Positions 50,394-61,876 of a stretch of 64,000 nucleotides of DNA are shown here, one piece after another. This DNA is from Fistulifera solaris. Taxonomy: Eukaryota. Where the stretch lies: contig AP026152.1 of the NCBI GenBank assembly GCA_030295235.1, positions 310,001 to 374,000 of the forward strand, read 5' to 3'. The translations under genes and the position numbers were made by a program. Every line of letters starts with the position of its first letter. The stretch's first letter is position 1. Below the pieces are notes generated by a model. It was not told the DNA's origin, did not search any database, and worked only from the letters and a program-made list of their open reading frames with translations.

Positions 50394-53300
50394 ATGGACG
50401 CCAACGAGAATGGCTGTTCCACTGCAATTGAGGAAGATCCTTTGGTCGAATATGGGGCACTTTCGGTGGGGGTTATGACCTTGGGTCTCATTTTGCTCGT
50501 CGAAGTAATACGGCATAAAATTGATCATGAGGCCCACGGAAGACCCTTCTTTCAAGCCGTCCTCTCCGGAGTCTATTCGGAGCGTAAGTACAAGTAAGAA
50601 CCGTATTGTAGTAAGCGAGCTCACTCTCACTCGGCAAAAACATCAGTCGCGACACTGGGGATTGTCGAATTCATGCTCTATGTTTTGAATACTTATTATC
50701 ATGATTTGGATCAAAAGAAATACAAAGTCTTTGCCGATGTTCACTTTGCTTTATTTTATACGGCCATTTTAAATGCCTTTCAATCCGTACTACTGGCCTT
50801 TGTCAGCAATCGAGTCGCTCATCGGATCTGGGTCAAAACCGAAATGCTCGAAGTCAACCATTATGTGGAGATCCGAGAAGAATTCGAAAAGGTCAAAAAA
50901 GATGTTTGGTTTACGGCGGGCTCTTCGACCGCCGCTTCGTCGGACGGAGACAACACCACTCCAGTAGAACCGTCGACCTGGTACAGTTATCCGCTATTGC
51001 GAAGATATCGATACAATCAACTTTTGCTACAAATCCGCTTTCACGAACTCCGGATGCATTTCATTGATGCCTACAAACTGCCCATTCGATTAAAGCTGTC
51101 CGACTACTTGTTAAAAAAGCCAGGAACGCGTTCTTCTCAAGCTGGTGCATGTTTCCTCCATGGCGTGGCTTTTGCTAACGGGCGCCGTCAATCTTCTTTA
51201 CTATTTGACCGGAATCATCAGCTACGAAGCCAATGAATCATTGATCGGTATTACTCTGAATGTTGTTTTCTTACTCTGCATGACCACGTTTGCCGGAGTG
51301 GCAGCGTTGGTCTACTGGAAAATGAAAGCGGTTTTTCGAGCCATCATGGGCGAAGAAAAGTTGTGGGATGTTCACAACGCCGATCAAGAAGAACGGGACC
51401 GCTTGGCAGTCAAGCAACTTGAGCTGTTTTGGGGCAGTGACCCAAAGTACGTCATAGCGTTGCTGCAGTTTATGCAGTTTGGTTATGCCGTCATGGTTTC
51501 GGTGACGATTATATTCTGGGATGAAGTCAGCACGAGTGATTATTCGGTCGTGCTGTACCTTGCTTTAATTGGCTTTTGTTATGCTATTTTCGTCATGGTG
51601 GCCGCTCAAGTGGTTCCTCAATACACCATGTGCACGAGTCTTGCGCAGCTGATAAACGAGGAAACGCTGGATGAGGTTCTCTGCACTTACCGTCTCGATG
51701 AAGCAAAACAAAGTAGCGAAGATTCTCCGGATTTGTGGGAGGATGACGACGATAGCGTCTCACTCCTCGAGGAAACTGATCACATAACAGAGTCGAGGGG
51801 TGGCTCGATCATGAAACGCGTGTCATCGGTTCTGTCCGCTACTGACTCACATTCATCTCCCGGCCAGTTTTCCGGTGCACACAGTACCGACAAGGCACAT
51901 TTAATGGCTCAACTTGTCAAGTTAGACACGGATTCGCTTCGAACCATTTTACCCATGAGTCTTGCTGCAGAGAGTACGAATGCCGAAAAGCGAATGGAGC
52001 GAGCAAATCGTGTTGCTCGTAGAAAGACAAGGTGAGGTCGATCTGTTTCAGACTCTCTTTGAGTATACGCTATCCTAACATCTATTTGGCTTTTATTAAC
52101 AGGTCTGAAGGTGTAGCGGCAATGGCAACTGGGTCATCGTTCCTTCGAGCGTCTAACCATAGAGGTTCGGTGGACGATACCCAAATGATTCTCCGCGGTA
52201 CTGACCTTGATCCCGTTGTTGAAACAGAAGCAAGCATTACAGCGACATCGTATCGACGCAGCGAACGGCGGAAAGCGAAATCGGATGGGGTAACTGGTAT
52301 GATTCCAGACCTGGCGGAAACTGAGCCATTCGAGCCAGTTCTGATTCACACAAAGCGAAAAGGAGTCCGAATCAAGTTAGAAGAAGACGATAGCTCAGTT
52401 GGAGGGCATAGTGATGTGGATGATGTCCCCGAAATCGATATTGTCATGAATGACATTGTGTCACTCCAAAGTCACTCACACTTCTCACTTCTGCTGTGGC
52501 TTCGGCAATATTTCCTGAGCAAAAAGTATGTCCTTGTAAGCAATGTCTTTGGAACGATGATAGCCTTCTTCTTCGTCGGGAAGCGCGTTGAACGATTTCT
52601 CCATACGGATGGTATACTAGAGGGAGACAAATACGTTTCATTTGATTTTAAGGAATCCCACTCCTTCTGGGCTCTACTACTGATGATGTGTGCTTTTGTC
52701 ATCGTGGATATAACTATCCTCTCTTTGCTGGGTTTTCGTGCACTGACACGCAAGGAACGAAAGATCAATATCGCAGCAGCGCTGGACATAGTTCTCGTTT
52801 CAACGTGCATGATGATGCTCATTGTTGCCGAAATCGCAAGGTGCTGTGATTCAGTGGTTAATGATTCATCTACAGGTAATAGGGATGCTTCCTGTACTTG
52901 TGCTACATTCGGAGCGAGATTGGATGGCGGTCTCGGGAATATCGAGCCATATGTCTCGCTATTGGCATTGCGAGTGTTTCGACAGGTATTTGCTTCCTAT
53001 CTAGTGAAATGCACAGAAAATGGACATCAGAAAGTTGTGGAACAGTCGGATTTCAAGACGAATCCTTTTGATGTATTTGGAGAGTCAACTGGACCCAACG
53101 GCGTCCTGTCTAATCAGCCCCACGGCCACGCCACCACCCATCACGGCCAAGAAAAAGCATCCCTCGAAACCGTTTCAAAATTATGGATGTCTGCTGTAAG
53201 TCAACACCCAGAAATCGTTGAAAAGCACGGTCAGTTTAGCGGAGAAATCTTGAAAGTGATGCTGGGAATTTATATCGAGAATGATGCCACCAGACTAGAT

Positions 53301-54456
53301 AAAACAGAATCAGAATTACCGGTAAAGAAAGGTGCTGCAGTCACGTACTCGGTCAACCGCGAATTTTCTGGGCTATCCTCTGCGGCACAAAGTATCATTC
53401 TGGCAGGGAAACTGGGTCGCAGCGTGAGGCAGTTGACCATGGAAGAAAAGCGCAAAAGATTCTCTCTCGGCCGATAAATCACGAGTTGAAAGGATCAAAT
53501 TCAAAATCTGTGAAGAGGACAACTTGACGGATCACGCTGTGGCTTTCAAAGTCCCTAATGCGCGTTTAGTCCGCTCGATGCGCAGATGCGATCGGAAGGT
53601 ACTTCCCATCCTGAATCATTGGACTTCTGTTGACGTCGTTATGACGAAATATGAAATGGTCTATTTTGATGCAACTGATAAAGCTGCTGATACCGGGCTT
53701 CTTGAAGCTTTAAAAGCTACAAGAGGCGGGAAAAGTTTACGCCTTAAAGACGTCGCTATCGGCCGTCGTGTTGTTGGACATTTAGAATTCTCAGAGATCG
53801 AGTCGGTTCTTGTTCATCGATTTTTCCCCGGCCACTCCGCGGAATCTGAAAGTGGTAGCGTCCGAGGCGCATCGCAAGTTGAATTCTGGATTGCTGCACA
53901 TCTTCACCTCGGTGAAATGTGGAACACGATCAAACAAGATCAGCTGAGAATAAAAACAGTTGACGGAAGAGAATTGGTGCTACGTTTCTACTCTGACTTG
54001 GAAGATGCGCAACATCATCCAGAACAATATGGTCCCGACACAGAAGAGAAAGGCCCGATTCACAAGAATAATGCCTTCCAGTGGGTCCAAACAATTGGTC
54101 GATACTGCGGACCCATTCAACTTAAGCAAAAACTTCCTCATTTCGGAGACCAAACGGATGAAGAACTCCGGGACTATCTTTTTGTTGTAAATGACGACCA
54201 CAAACACCATCATCACCGAGGCGATTTAAGAAGTCGGTGGTCCACGGCCTTCCCACACGCCGGACGCCAGTTATCGTTCAATGGCGACCACTCTCCCACG
54301 AGACGAGGATATGCGCGCCCAGCATCATTTGGCGAAAGTGCAGTCGATGGTACTACATCACCCCTTCCGAGACCGGGAAGGCTTTTCCAGCGCTCAAAGT
54401 CGGAGACAGAGAAAGATACCGTTTTCACAGAAATCAATGAAAGATTAGAACTGTAG
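50394..54456 (+). CDS. MLO-family 7-TM protein + voltage-sensor-like module + PH-like domain, copy 2; introns 50584..50646 and 52032..52102
   Basis: Same MLO motifs (VYSE|LATLGIVE, DVHFALFYTAILNAFQS, LFWGSDPKYV, VPQYTMCTSL); colinear with 17491..21814; frameshifts near 51115 and 53460. Confidence 0.8.
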
Positions 54457-54619
54457 CATTAGCGAGTCATTTAATTGTCGTAAAGAACATCGCTTGTAGG
54501 ACGCTTTATGTGCAATCAAGAAGGCAAATTTTATCCCGTGGCACTCCCACTGGAAGATGCATTGCTTTGGCGCTGGCCCATTCTCTGAATCTTCATTATC
54601 CCTGCAAGGGAAAATCACA

Positions 54620-54831
54620 GTCTCGACGTGAAATCCTAAACCAAGGCGTCGAGCTACATTGTCATATCCACCAAAATTGATAATCGACTCGTGCAAATAT
54701 TTAGCTTCCTCGTCATCGGAACCAGTCAGCTGGCTGGGTGAAGGAATCCTTATGGATGGATCAGCGAGAGGCGGACTTTTTCGCAATTCTTGTTGTCGTA
54801 TGAAAGACAAGAGTCACACAGCAAAGTCAAG
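54620..54831 (-). pseudogene. Diverged extra copy of the last repeat of the adjacent gene, beyond its stop codon, with an in-frame TGA
   Basis: DFAV*LLSFIRQQELRKSPP...YLHESIINFGGYDNVARRLGL versus DFAVRLLTFIRRREMRKNPP...YLHESIIKFGGYENVARRLGL. Confidence 0.6.
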
Positions 54832-54851
54832 ATGAGCCCATTGTGGTGTAG

Positions 54852-56195
54852 CTAGCCCGTTCCTTGGTTTCCCATTTTTCCACTCGCTGAGTAAAAAGCA
54901 AGGCCAAGGCGTCGAGCCACATTTTCGTATCCACCAAACTTAATGATGGATTCGTGTAAATAAATAGCTTCCTCATCTCCTGCACTCAATTGGATGGGAG
55001 AGGGGATTTTTATGGTTGGATAAATCAAAGGTGGATTTTTTCGCATCTCTCTTCTTCGTATAAACGTCAAAAGTCGTACCGCGAAATCTATACTGAACGG
55101 CCCGAAATTCAAGTCCGCATAGAGATCCGACTTTTCCACCGTTTTCATTCCGAAACGCGCCGCGAGAAACTTACGGCCACCGTAGAACTGTATTAACGAA
55201 TACAGCTGATCGAAACCGTGTCGTTTGACATCTTCCACGACCGGAAATGTTTCGTCCTTGCCGTATTCGTTCAAATAGCGCTGCAACTCCATCAGTAGCT
55301 CCAATTGGCCTTCAAAGTAATACCATTCACGGAATGGAACCATTCCCGCCAAACGGGCTACCTTTTCTGCCCCTCCAAAACGATGGAACGCTTGACGAAG
55401 GTCATCTCGGCCTTCTTTGGCGAATTCACTGGGACGCGGCATCCATACGGCGGGTCGTTGATGATTCTCGCGGTAGAAGGATACGTACGTGTATCTAAAG
55501 AAATAGGAAGAGAATGGGCACTTTGATGAGTGGGTCACAAATAAAGTTTGTCGAGTAAAAAGATAGCAAAGATCCGCTTACAATTCCTTGAGCAGTGTTT
55601 TCGTATTCCAATATCCCTTGGGTTTTCGTCCTTCTTGATGTTTCCATTTCAGTGACGACTCTTGCTCGTGTTTTGTGTTCTTGCGACTCAAAGAGGGTGG
55701 ACTTTGCATCGATAGTGTTGCGTCGGCTTGTACCAATTGACGCAATTCCGGAGACGCCTGTACTGCTTCCTTCCATCGACCGGGAATCACCGGACTGCCA
55801 CCCCATAATTGCGACACGGCGTCTCGTCCACCCCATTTGACCAAAGCCGCACGCAAATCGTGTCGTTGATAATATCGCAACAGGACTTCATTCGGAATGG
55901 GTGGAGGTTGGTGTAGGGGCAATGCAACGCCGTGATCGCTCCAAAAGGTGCGCAACTCCGCTTGCAAATGATCGAGGTTGGACCAATAACCATCGGGGCG
56001 TCGAACGGTGGGTTTTCTGCGCTTTTGTCGTAGACGACGTGGTTTCCTTTCGGAGTTTTCTTCGTTCAAGCCAGACAACAACGTTACACTATTAAAAAAC
56101 TTTCGGACATGTTGTGATCGATGATGATCTACAAAGGCGTCCGAGAAGAAGAACAACGAAAGAAATAACCCGGCGCGTCGTAGGCTTCGTTTCAT
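54852..56195 (-). CDS. Plastid-targeted protein with four HTH-like 'P..x.L...GR.DL..A...GG' repeats; intron ~55497..55580
   Basis: Signal peptide ending SDA-F; repeats IPNEVLL..QRHDLRAALVKWGG, MPRPSEFAKEGRDDLRQAFHRFGG, FPVVEDVKRHGFDQLYSLIQFYGG, IPSPIQL...LHESIIKFGG. Confidence 0.75.
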
Positions 56196-56481
56196 TCGAA
56201 TACTAACACGAAGAGTCCCCGCATTTGAGTCTCATTATATGAAGCTGCAATTACAAATACTCCAAGCTTGGCCATAGCATCATCATTGTTTGCTTATTTT
56301 ATTGCTTCCAAAAACAAAAAGCGGAAAACGCAATGAACCGTCGAAAAAAGAGGACGCATGACGGTCGTCAAAGTGAATTTGAGTCACGAGTTCATTATTT
56401 CGTTCAGTCACTATAAATGCGTCATCTGAGTGCCGGATGGTGTGACTCGCTGCTTTTCGAAAAAATGAAGAGAAAAAAAAT

Positions 56482-56507
56482 GAAAAACGAAAACGAAAAC
56501 GAAAACG
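56482..56507. repeat. Short (GAAAAC)n microsatellite
   Basis: gaaaaacgaaaacgaaaacgaaaacg in intergenic DNA. Confidence 0.7.
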
Positions 56508-56578
56508 TACCGACTCATCAACATTAAAAGCCACAAAGAAAGACGAATCTTAGCAAGGAATCAGTTCAGCGAGACAGT

Positions 56579-58509
56579 ATGATAATACACCAAACGCGGG
56601 CGATTGCTCGAACGACGCAACAGCGCGTGATCTCCCATTATCTTCAAGATGTATGGCGAACGGGGAGTTGGTCACCCACCAATCCTCTATTGACGTGGCT
56701 GGACGACAGCCGTACGCTTCCCTCGTCCACCATGCAACCTTACCATGTATCTTCCGCACTGGCTCATATTCAACAAGAGGCGGCGGCTACAGATCCGTCT
56801 AGTTTGCACCAAGTCGATGCCGTGCAAGGAAAGTATGATGCACTGCAACAATTGGCGTCTTTGTTTTGGTTGACATCGTCGAATCCAAAATGGCGAGAAG
56901 CTTTGGAAGCAATTCATAAGAATCGAATATTTTCAACAGATCAGGAACAAGTCATTTACACATCGTTCCAGAAACTCACAACCGACGAGCAAGAAGAAAA
57001 ATGGGCCGCACAACGATGGATTCGAGAGTACGAGCAACGGACGGGGGTGCATCTTCCCCATCGCGAGGAATATCAAATGCTGTGCGAGGCTTTGGAAGAC
57101 TTGGAAGCGAAATTTCAGGCAGTACCGAAGACACTCACACCGGCACAAAGCAAGCAAACGATGGGCGACATGTACAATTATTTGGGGATCCAAGGCAGAC
57201 TCGCGGAATTACTGGGCTACCAGCATTACGCCGAGCGAATATTCGAGAGTCGCATGGCGAATATAGAACAAGTACACAAACTCCATGAACAGGTGGCTGC
57301 AGCCGTTTTGCCGATTGTGACGAAAGGACTGACCCAGCATGCCGCTTTGGATGATTACTTGTCCAGTACAAAGAATCGCCCAGTCCGTGAAGATGACGCG
57401 TTACGGAAGGACAAAGCGATTATGCTTCGTCTGGAACAACATGTGACTTTAGAGGGAACGTTAGAATTCATCAAAAAGTTGTCGTCCGAACTTTTTGGCT
57501 TCTCGCTTGTGGAGAAAGAACTGGTAACGGGGTCAACATGGGACAAGGATGTGCGATTGTTTCATGTAATGGATGATCAACGAAGACTAGGTTCGTTTTT
57601 GTTCGATCCGTACGATCGAAGCGGGAAAACCAGTCAGCCTTTTACGGCATCCCTCGTCAATCGGAGCGTCGACCGCCTTCCAATCGCGGTCTTGAGCATG
57701 GCATTGGAGCCCCCGCATGGGATACCGAATCGACTCCCATGACCTGGCAAAACGTCGAAACACTCTTACACGAATTGGCTCATGTGTATCAGCTCTTGTC
57801 GGCCCAGTCAGTGATGGGAACCTTGTTGGGTGCACAGCATCTTAGTTTGGACCTTTCGGAATTATTGCCCAAAGTAAGTACAGCAGCAAGGTTTTAATAA
57901 ATATATTGTGAGAACTCATACACCGCTCAATTAATCTATCGCCAGTACATGGAACATTGGATGACAGAACCATCGACAATTTACACACTCATGATGCTGT
58001 CCAAACCCAGTCGGGAAATCGGCTTTAAGAATGAAGAAGAGATGAAGGAAGCGATTGAGGCTGCCATTCGCGTCCGTAATAACGACAAGGCGTTCCAATT
58101 GGCGCAGCTATGTTTCTTTGGGGAACTTGAACTATCTTTGTTTTCATCCTTTGACATTCGTGGCGATGAATTGCTAATTCACTTTCAAAACAGAATGGCC
58201 GAAAGATGGAGTCCGCACGATTTACCCGACAAAAAAGATATTACGCCATTGTTGAGAATCTTTCGCGAAAATGCTGATGGCCGTCCAGTTGCCTGGTACC
58301 GATATTTGTGGTGTGATGCGTTGAGTGCATCCGTATTTCAGCGAAGTAAGGACATTTATGCCTCTAAGGAAGATGGCAATCCTTTGCGGGAATTGATGCG
58401 AAAGACTATTTTAGAGCCAGGAATAATGATGGAGCCAGCAGAAGTACTTCGTGTGTTTGGGATTGATGAAATTTCTCCGAATGCTCTGTTGAAGCTTTAC
58501 AATTTATAG
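56579..58509 (+). CDS. M3-family metallopeptidase (oligopeptidase A / MIP-like); intron ~57874..57945
   Basis: WDKDVRLF, FLFDPYDRSGK, TLLHELAH (after a frameshift at the C run ~57712), DLSELLPK|YMEHW, YRYLWCDALSA. Confidence 0.85.
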
Positions 58510-58810
58510 CTCTTGCGAAACTTGATTTATAAAAAAACCTTCAAAAATTTTTTCATGTGGAGGCAAGAGGCAAGACTCCAAACGCAATGTACGATAGCTA
58601 GTCCCACCTATGCCATTATGCGCTATGCGACACTTCACATCAAAGCATCCGGTACCTGTGAGACGTCATGATGTGTCCTTGAGCAGACAATGAAAGGATA
58701 AAAATTCTTTTTCTTTTTATTTATTGTTTGTATTCTGAACTTATATTCATCTATTGTTGGCAAATAAATCAAGCTTGTTTGAGCCAAATGGAAGCACGAG
58801 AAACGAAATC

Positions 58811-60409
58811 ATGAATATGTTGTCGACGGATCCGCCCGAAAATGGCACCGGAACCCCAGCATTTCAAGTCGCTAACGCATCGTCTCTCCGTCGCAGCCGA
58901 TCGTGCGAGGATACTACGAACGAAGCGCAAGAACTGTTTGGACGAGCGATCGGATTATGTTACGGATCCTTTTCTTGTTCTCATAGCAGAATACGTGGTC
59001 GTTTGTACGTTTCATCGCGAGCATTACTCTTCTACAGCAGCCTCTTAGGATTCGAAACGCGAATCTCTCTCGATTTTCATGACGTTTTGGAAATAGAATT
59101 GTTTCGAACGACGAGTATCAGCGTACGAACATTTGAAGGAGAAACGTATGTATTCAAGTCATTTGAAGATCGAAATGCAGCCTTGCAGTTACTCGAAACA
59201 CATGCACAATTAACTTCTTTATCAACACTTGACAACAACTCGATTGCGAGCAGTGTTACGAATGTTCCCATACTTGGAAAGCCAAGGCATCGCAGTGCTT
59301 CCTCTTTTCGTCGACAAATTATGAAGATACATTGCATTACCACCATGATCCACTCACGCGTTCTCCATGTACTGGGAATCGCAAAAGAAGTGTCTCCGAT
59401 TCGATTGTGGAGGGACAGGACGTTATGGCTTGTCTTGACCCAGTGCCATTGTCACATTCCGTATCGTCACCCAAGCCACTTGATCCAGCAGCTGGCTCGT
59501 GCAAGGCTTCGCACGAAGAAACAACAGAAACAGAAACCTGGCAAAACGCTCAAAGTAAAGCACCATTTCACGAAATCGCTGTCACTGTAAGTGTTTATCG
59601 TGCATGTCATTTCCGTGCTCTCTCGTTGCACTCAACCATGACCCTGGTCTTTTCTGTTCAGTCTTTGAATCTGCCATGTTCACTCAACGTATTTGTTGAA
59701 ACGTTTCTCGCAGATCATGCGGAGCATTCGTTGACTCGATATCAGTCCGAATACATTCGGGACCGAGACGTGAAAGCTACGGTGTGGGAAGTATCCGAAG
59801 AAAGTAGCTTCTTGACGCGGAACATCACTTTTACACATCCCATCAAAGCTGTAGCAATGGGTCTTGGACCGTCGGAAGCCCGAACAAAACGGCATCAACG
59901 TTTATGGCGATTTGAGGAAGGTATCTTGCTCGAAAACACAACCCATATTGATGGTATTCCGCATGCCGACACATTTTGCATCTGTGATCGCTGGGTGATT
60001 GCTCGGAGCACCTCCACGAGCGTACAATTGTCATCGTCATTTGAGATACAATTCACCAAGCGGTCGCTTTTTCGTAGTCTCATTGAGAAATCAGTCAAAA
60101 GGGAAACTTTGGAATGGTGGACTGGTTACACCAAGATGATCCAGGACGTCTTGTCCCAAGGACCACTGGAGCCACTCATACCGAGCGACGCCCTGCTATG
60201 GAAAGAATCATCCCTGATTTTGGAACGACTCGACCGACAATACGCACGGACGATCCGTCTTTTTTCTTTTTGTGATATTTTTGTTAATTTGTGTTTTGTT
60301 ACTACTGGTCGCGCTCATGACAGTTTTCGCCAACGAGATCAAGCTTCTTCGCGCTGCACTCGAACACAGAGAAATTATTTCGCCAAATCTTTTGGTAACG
60401 GAATTATAA
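58811..60409 (+). CDS. GRAM-VASt lipid-transfer protein with C-terminal TM; in-frame 75-nt intron 59587..59661
   Basis: GRAM motif FSCSHSRIRGRLYVSSRALLFYS; VASt motif GIPHADTFCI; TM restored by removing one T at ~60262. Confidence 0.8.
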
Positions 60410-60733
60410 GCTAGCTACTACGTAACAGATAAGCTAAAGTTTTGTCCCCCTCTAGCTCGAAGCTCAAACCCTCCAACGGAAGAATAAATTCGGGCGTCTG
60501 CTTGTCTCACGTCGTAGTTTCCCAAAACGTGCAACTGTGTTTGCTATAGCGCGAGAAGTTCTTAAACGGCACTCGATTTTTAGCGGTTGTTCCCGATCAA
60601 AAACGATGACCATGACGGCGACGAACATGGAAACTCAACCGACATTTTTATTTTTATTTTTCATAAATAATTCTCACATCGTTGAAAAAGTCAGCTCTAC
60701 CAACTCAAACTGGCTCTTTGTCAAAATGAAAAG

Positions 60734-61861
60734 ATGATTAGCTACAAAAGGCAATGTGTTGTAGCGATTGGCTGCTTAATTGTGATCCTGATGCGATGGG
60801 AAACTAGTCATTTACCCTCCTTTTGGCTGGAAGAGACATCCCTCTCAAACGATTGCGCGTCAGTTATATCTGATACTCGACCACGGAATTTACGGCTGGT
60901 ATTTATGGGTGACAGCATCACTCGTTATCAATACTTATCGTTGGCGTATTATCTGCGACATGGTCGTTGGTGGGAAAGTCCTTACGATGTTCCCAACAAC
61001 TTGTTCAATGCGCATTCCTTTCGTCATCCCGCACATCCTTCCGAAGACTGGAATGAATTTTTCCTGCAATCGAATCGCATGCTGTATCCGATGGAAGCCT
61101 GTGATTGTGTCCGGAGCATGGACGGAGAAACGGTCTGTGAGCGTCGCTACTTTTATGACCGGGAACGCAACAACACTCTGGTGTACATCAATCTGAATGG
61201 CAATGAAACACACGGTAGCTGGGGATACTACGGTAACTTTCCAGCCGAAGATATTTTTTCCAATTTTGAACATATGGTGGAAATGCCCGTAGGATTTCGT
61301 CTACAATCCGAATTGACCAAATCAGTAACGGATACGAAGCAAAGTCGCTTTGCGTGGGAATATGCTACATGGGGAGATGTGTTGAGATATCATGTAGGTA
61401 ATTTAGGTTTGGGGAAGGACGCGGCGGTCGTCTTAAATGCCGGCCTTCATCCACATAATTTTGGTGGGAACGATACCGAGTCATCGGCCCTTCGTGCGGA
61501 CTTGGTGGATGCTTTGCAAGCTAGTCGAATGATAGGAATATGGAAGACGACCAGTTACACTCTTCATGAGATACGGAAGAGCCATCATGACTCAGCAGTT
61601 CCTTCTCCAAGTGACTCGGATAGGACAATGTGTGACTTGATAGGACGGTGTCTCAATATGACCTGGACGATACAGCTCCGCACGGAACTCTACTTCGACC
61701 ATCTGCACTTTTTCGAACCAGTTTATCGAGTTCTTAACGAAGATCTTCTTGGAATTTTAGGAGCTAACAAAGAGAAATACCAAACTTTTGACCGATCCAG
61801 CCTTCTCCGTTCTCCAAAGGCAAGTTACGACAAACGCCACGGGACTCGAAACGCTGAATAA
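60734..61861 (+). CDS. Type II membrane SGNH-hydrolase-like protein (PC-esterase/TBL-type, possible polysaccharide O-acetyl enzyme)
   Basis: N-terminal TM; FMGDSITRYQY; NAGLH; C-terminal DHLH (DxxH). Confidence 0.7.
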   Translation: MISYKRQCVVAIGCLIVILMRWETSHLPSFWLEETSLSNDCASVISDTRPRNLRLVFMGDSITRYQYLSLAYYLRHGRWWESPYDVPNNLFNAHSFRHPAHPSEDWNEFFLQSNRMLYPMEACDCVRSMDGETVCERRYFYDRERNNTLVYINLNGNETHGSWGYYGNFPAEDIFSNFEHMVEMPVGFRLQSELTKSVTDTKQSRFAWEYATWGDVLRYHVGNLGLGKDAAVVLNAGLHPHNFGGNDTESSALRADLVDALQASRMIGIWKTTSYTLHEIRKSHHDSAVPSPSDSDRTMCDLIGRCLNMTWTIQLRTELYFDHLHFFEPVYRVLNEDLLGILGANKEKYQTFDRSSLLRSPKASYDKRHGTRNAE

Positions 61862-61876
61862 AGTCACAATTTTTTT

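Noticed and set aside
6110..60409. Apparent membrane-trafficking/phosphoinositide cluster (PI4K, MLO-PH x2, GRAM-VASt x2, myosin, ATG1)
   Set aside because: Genes are interspersed with unrelated ones in a eukaryotic genome; nothing here shows co-regulation
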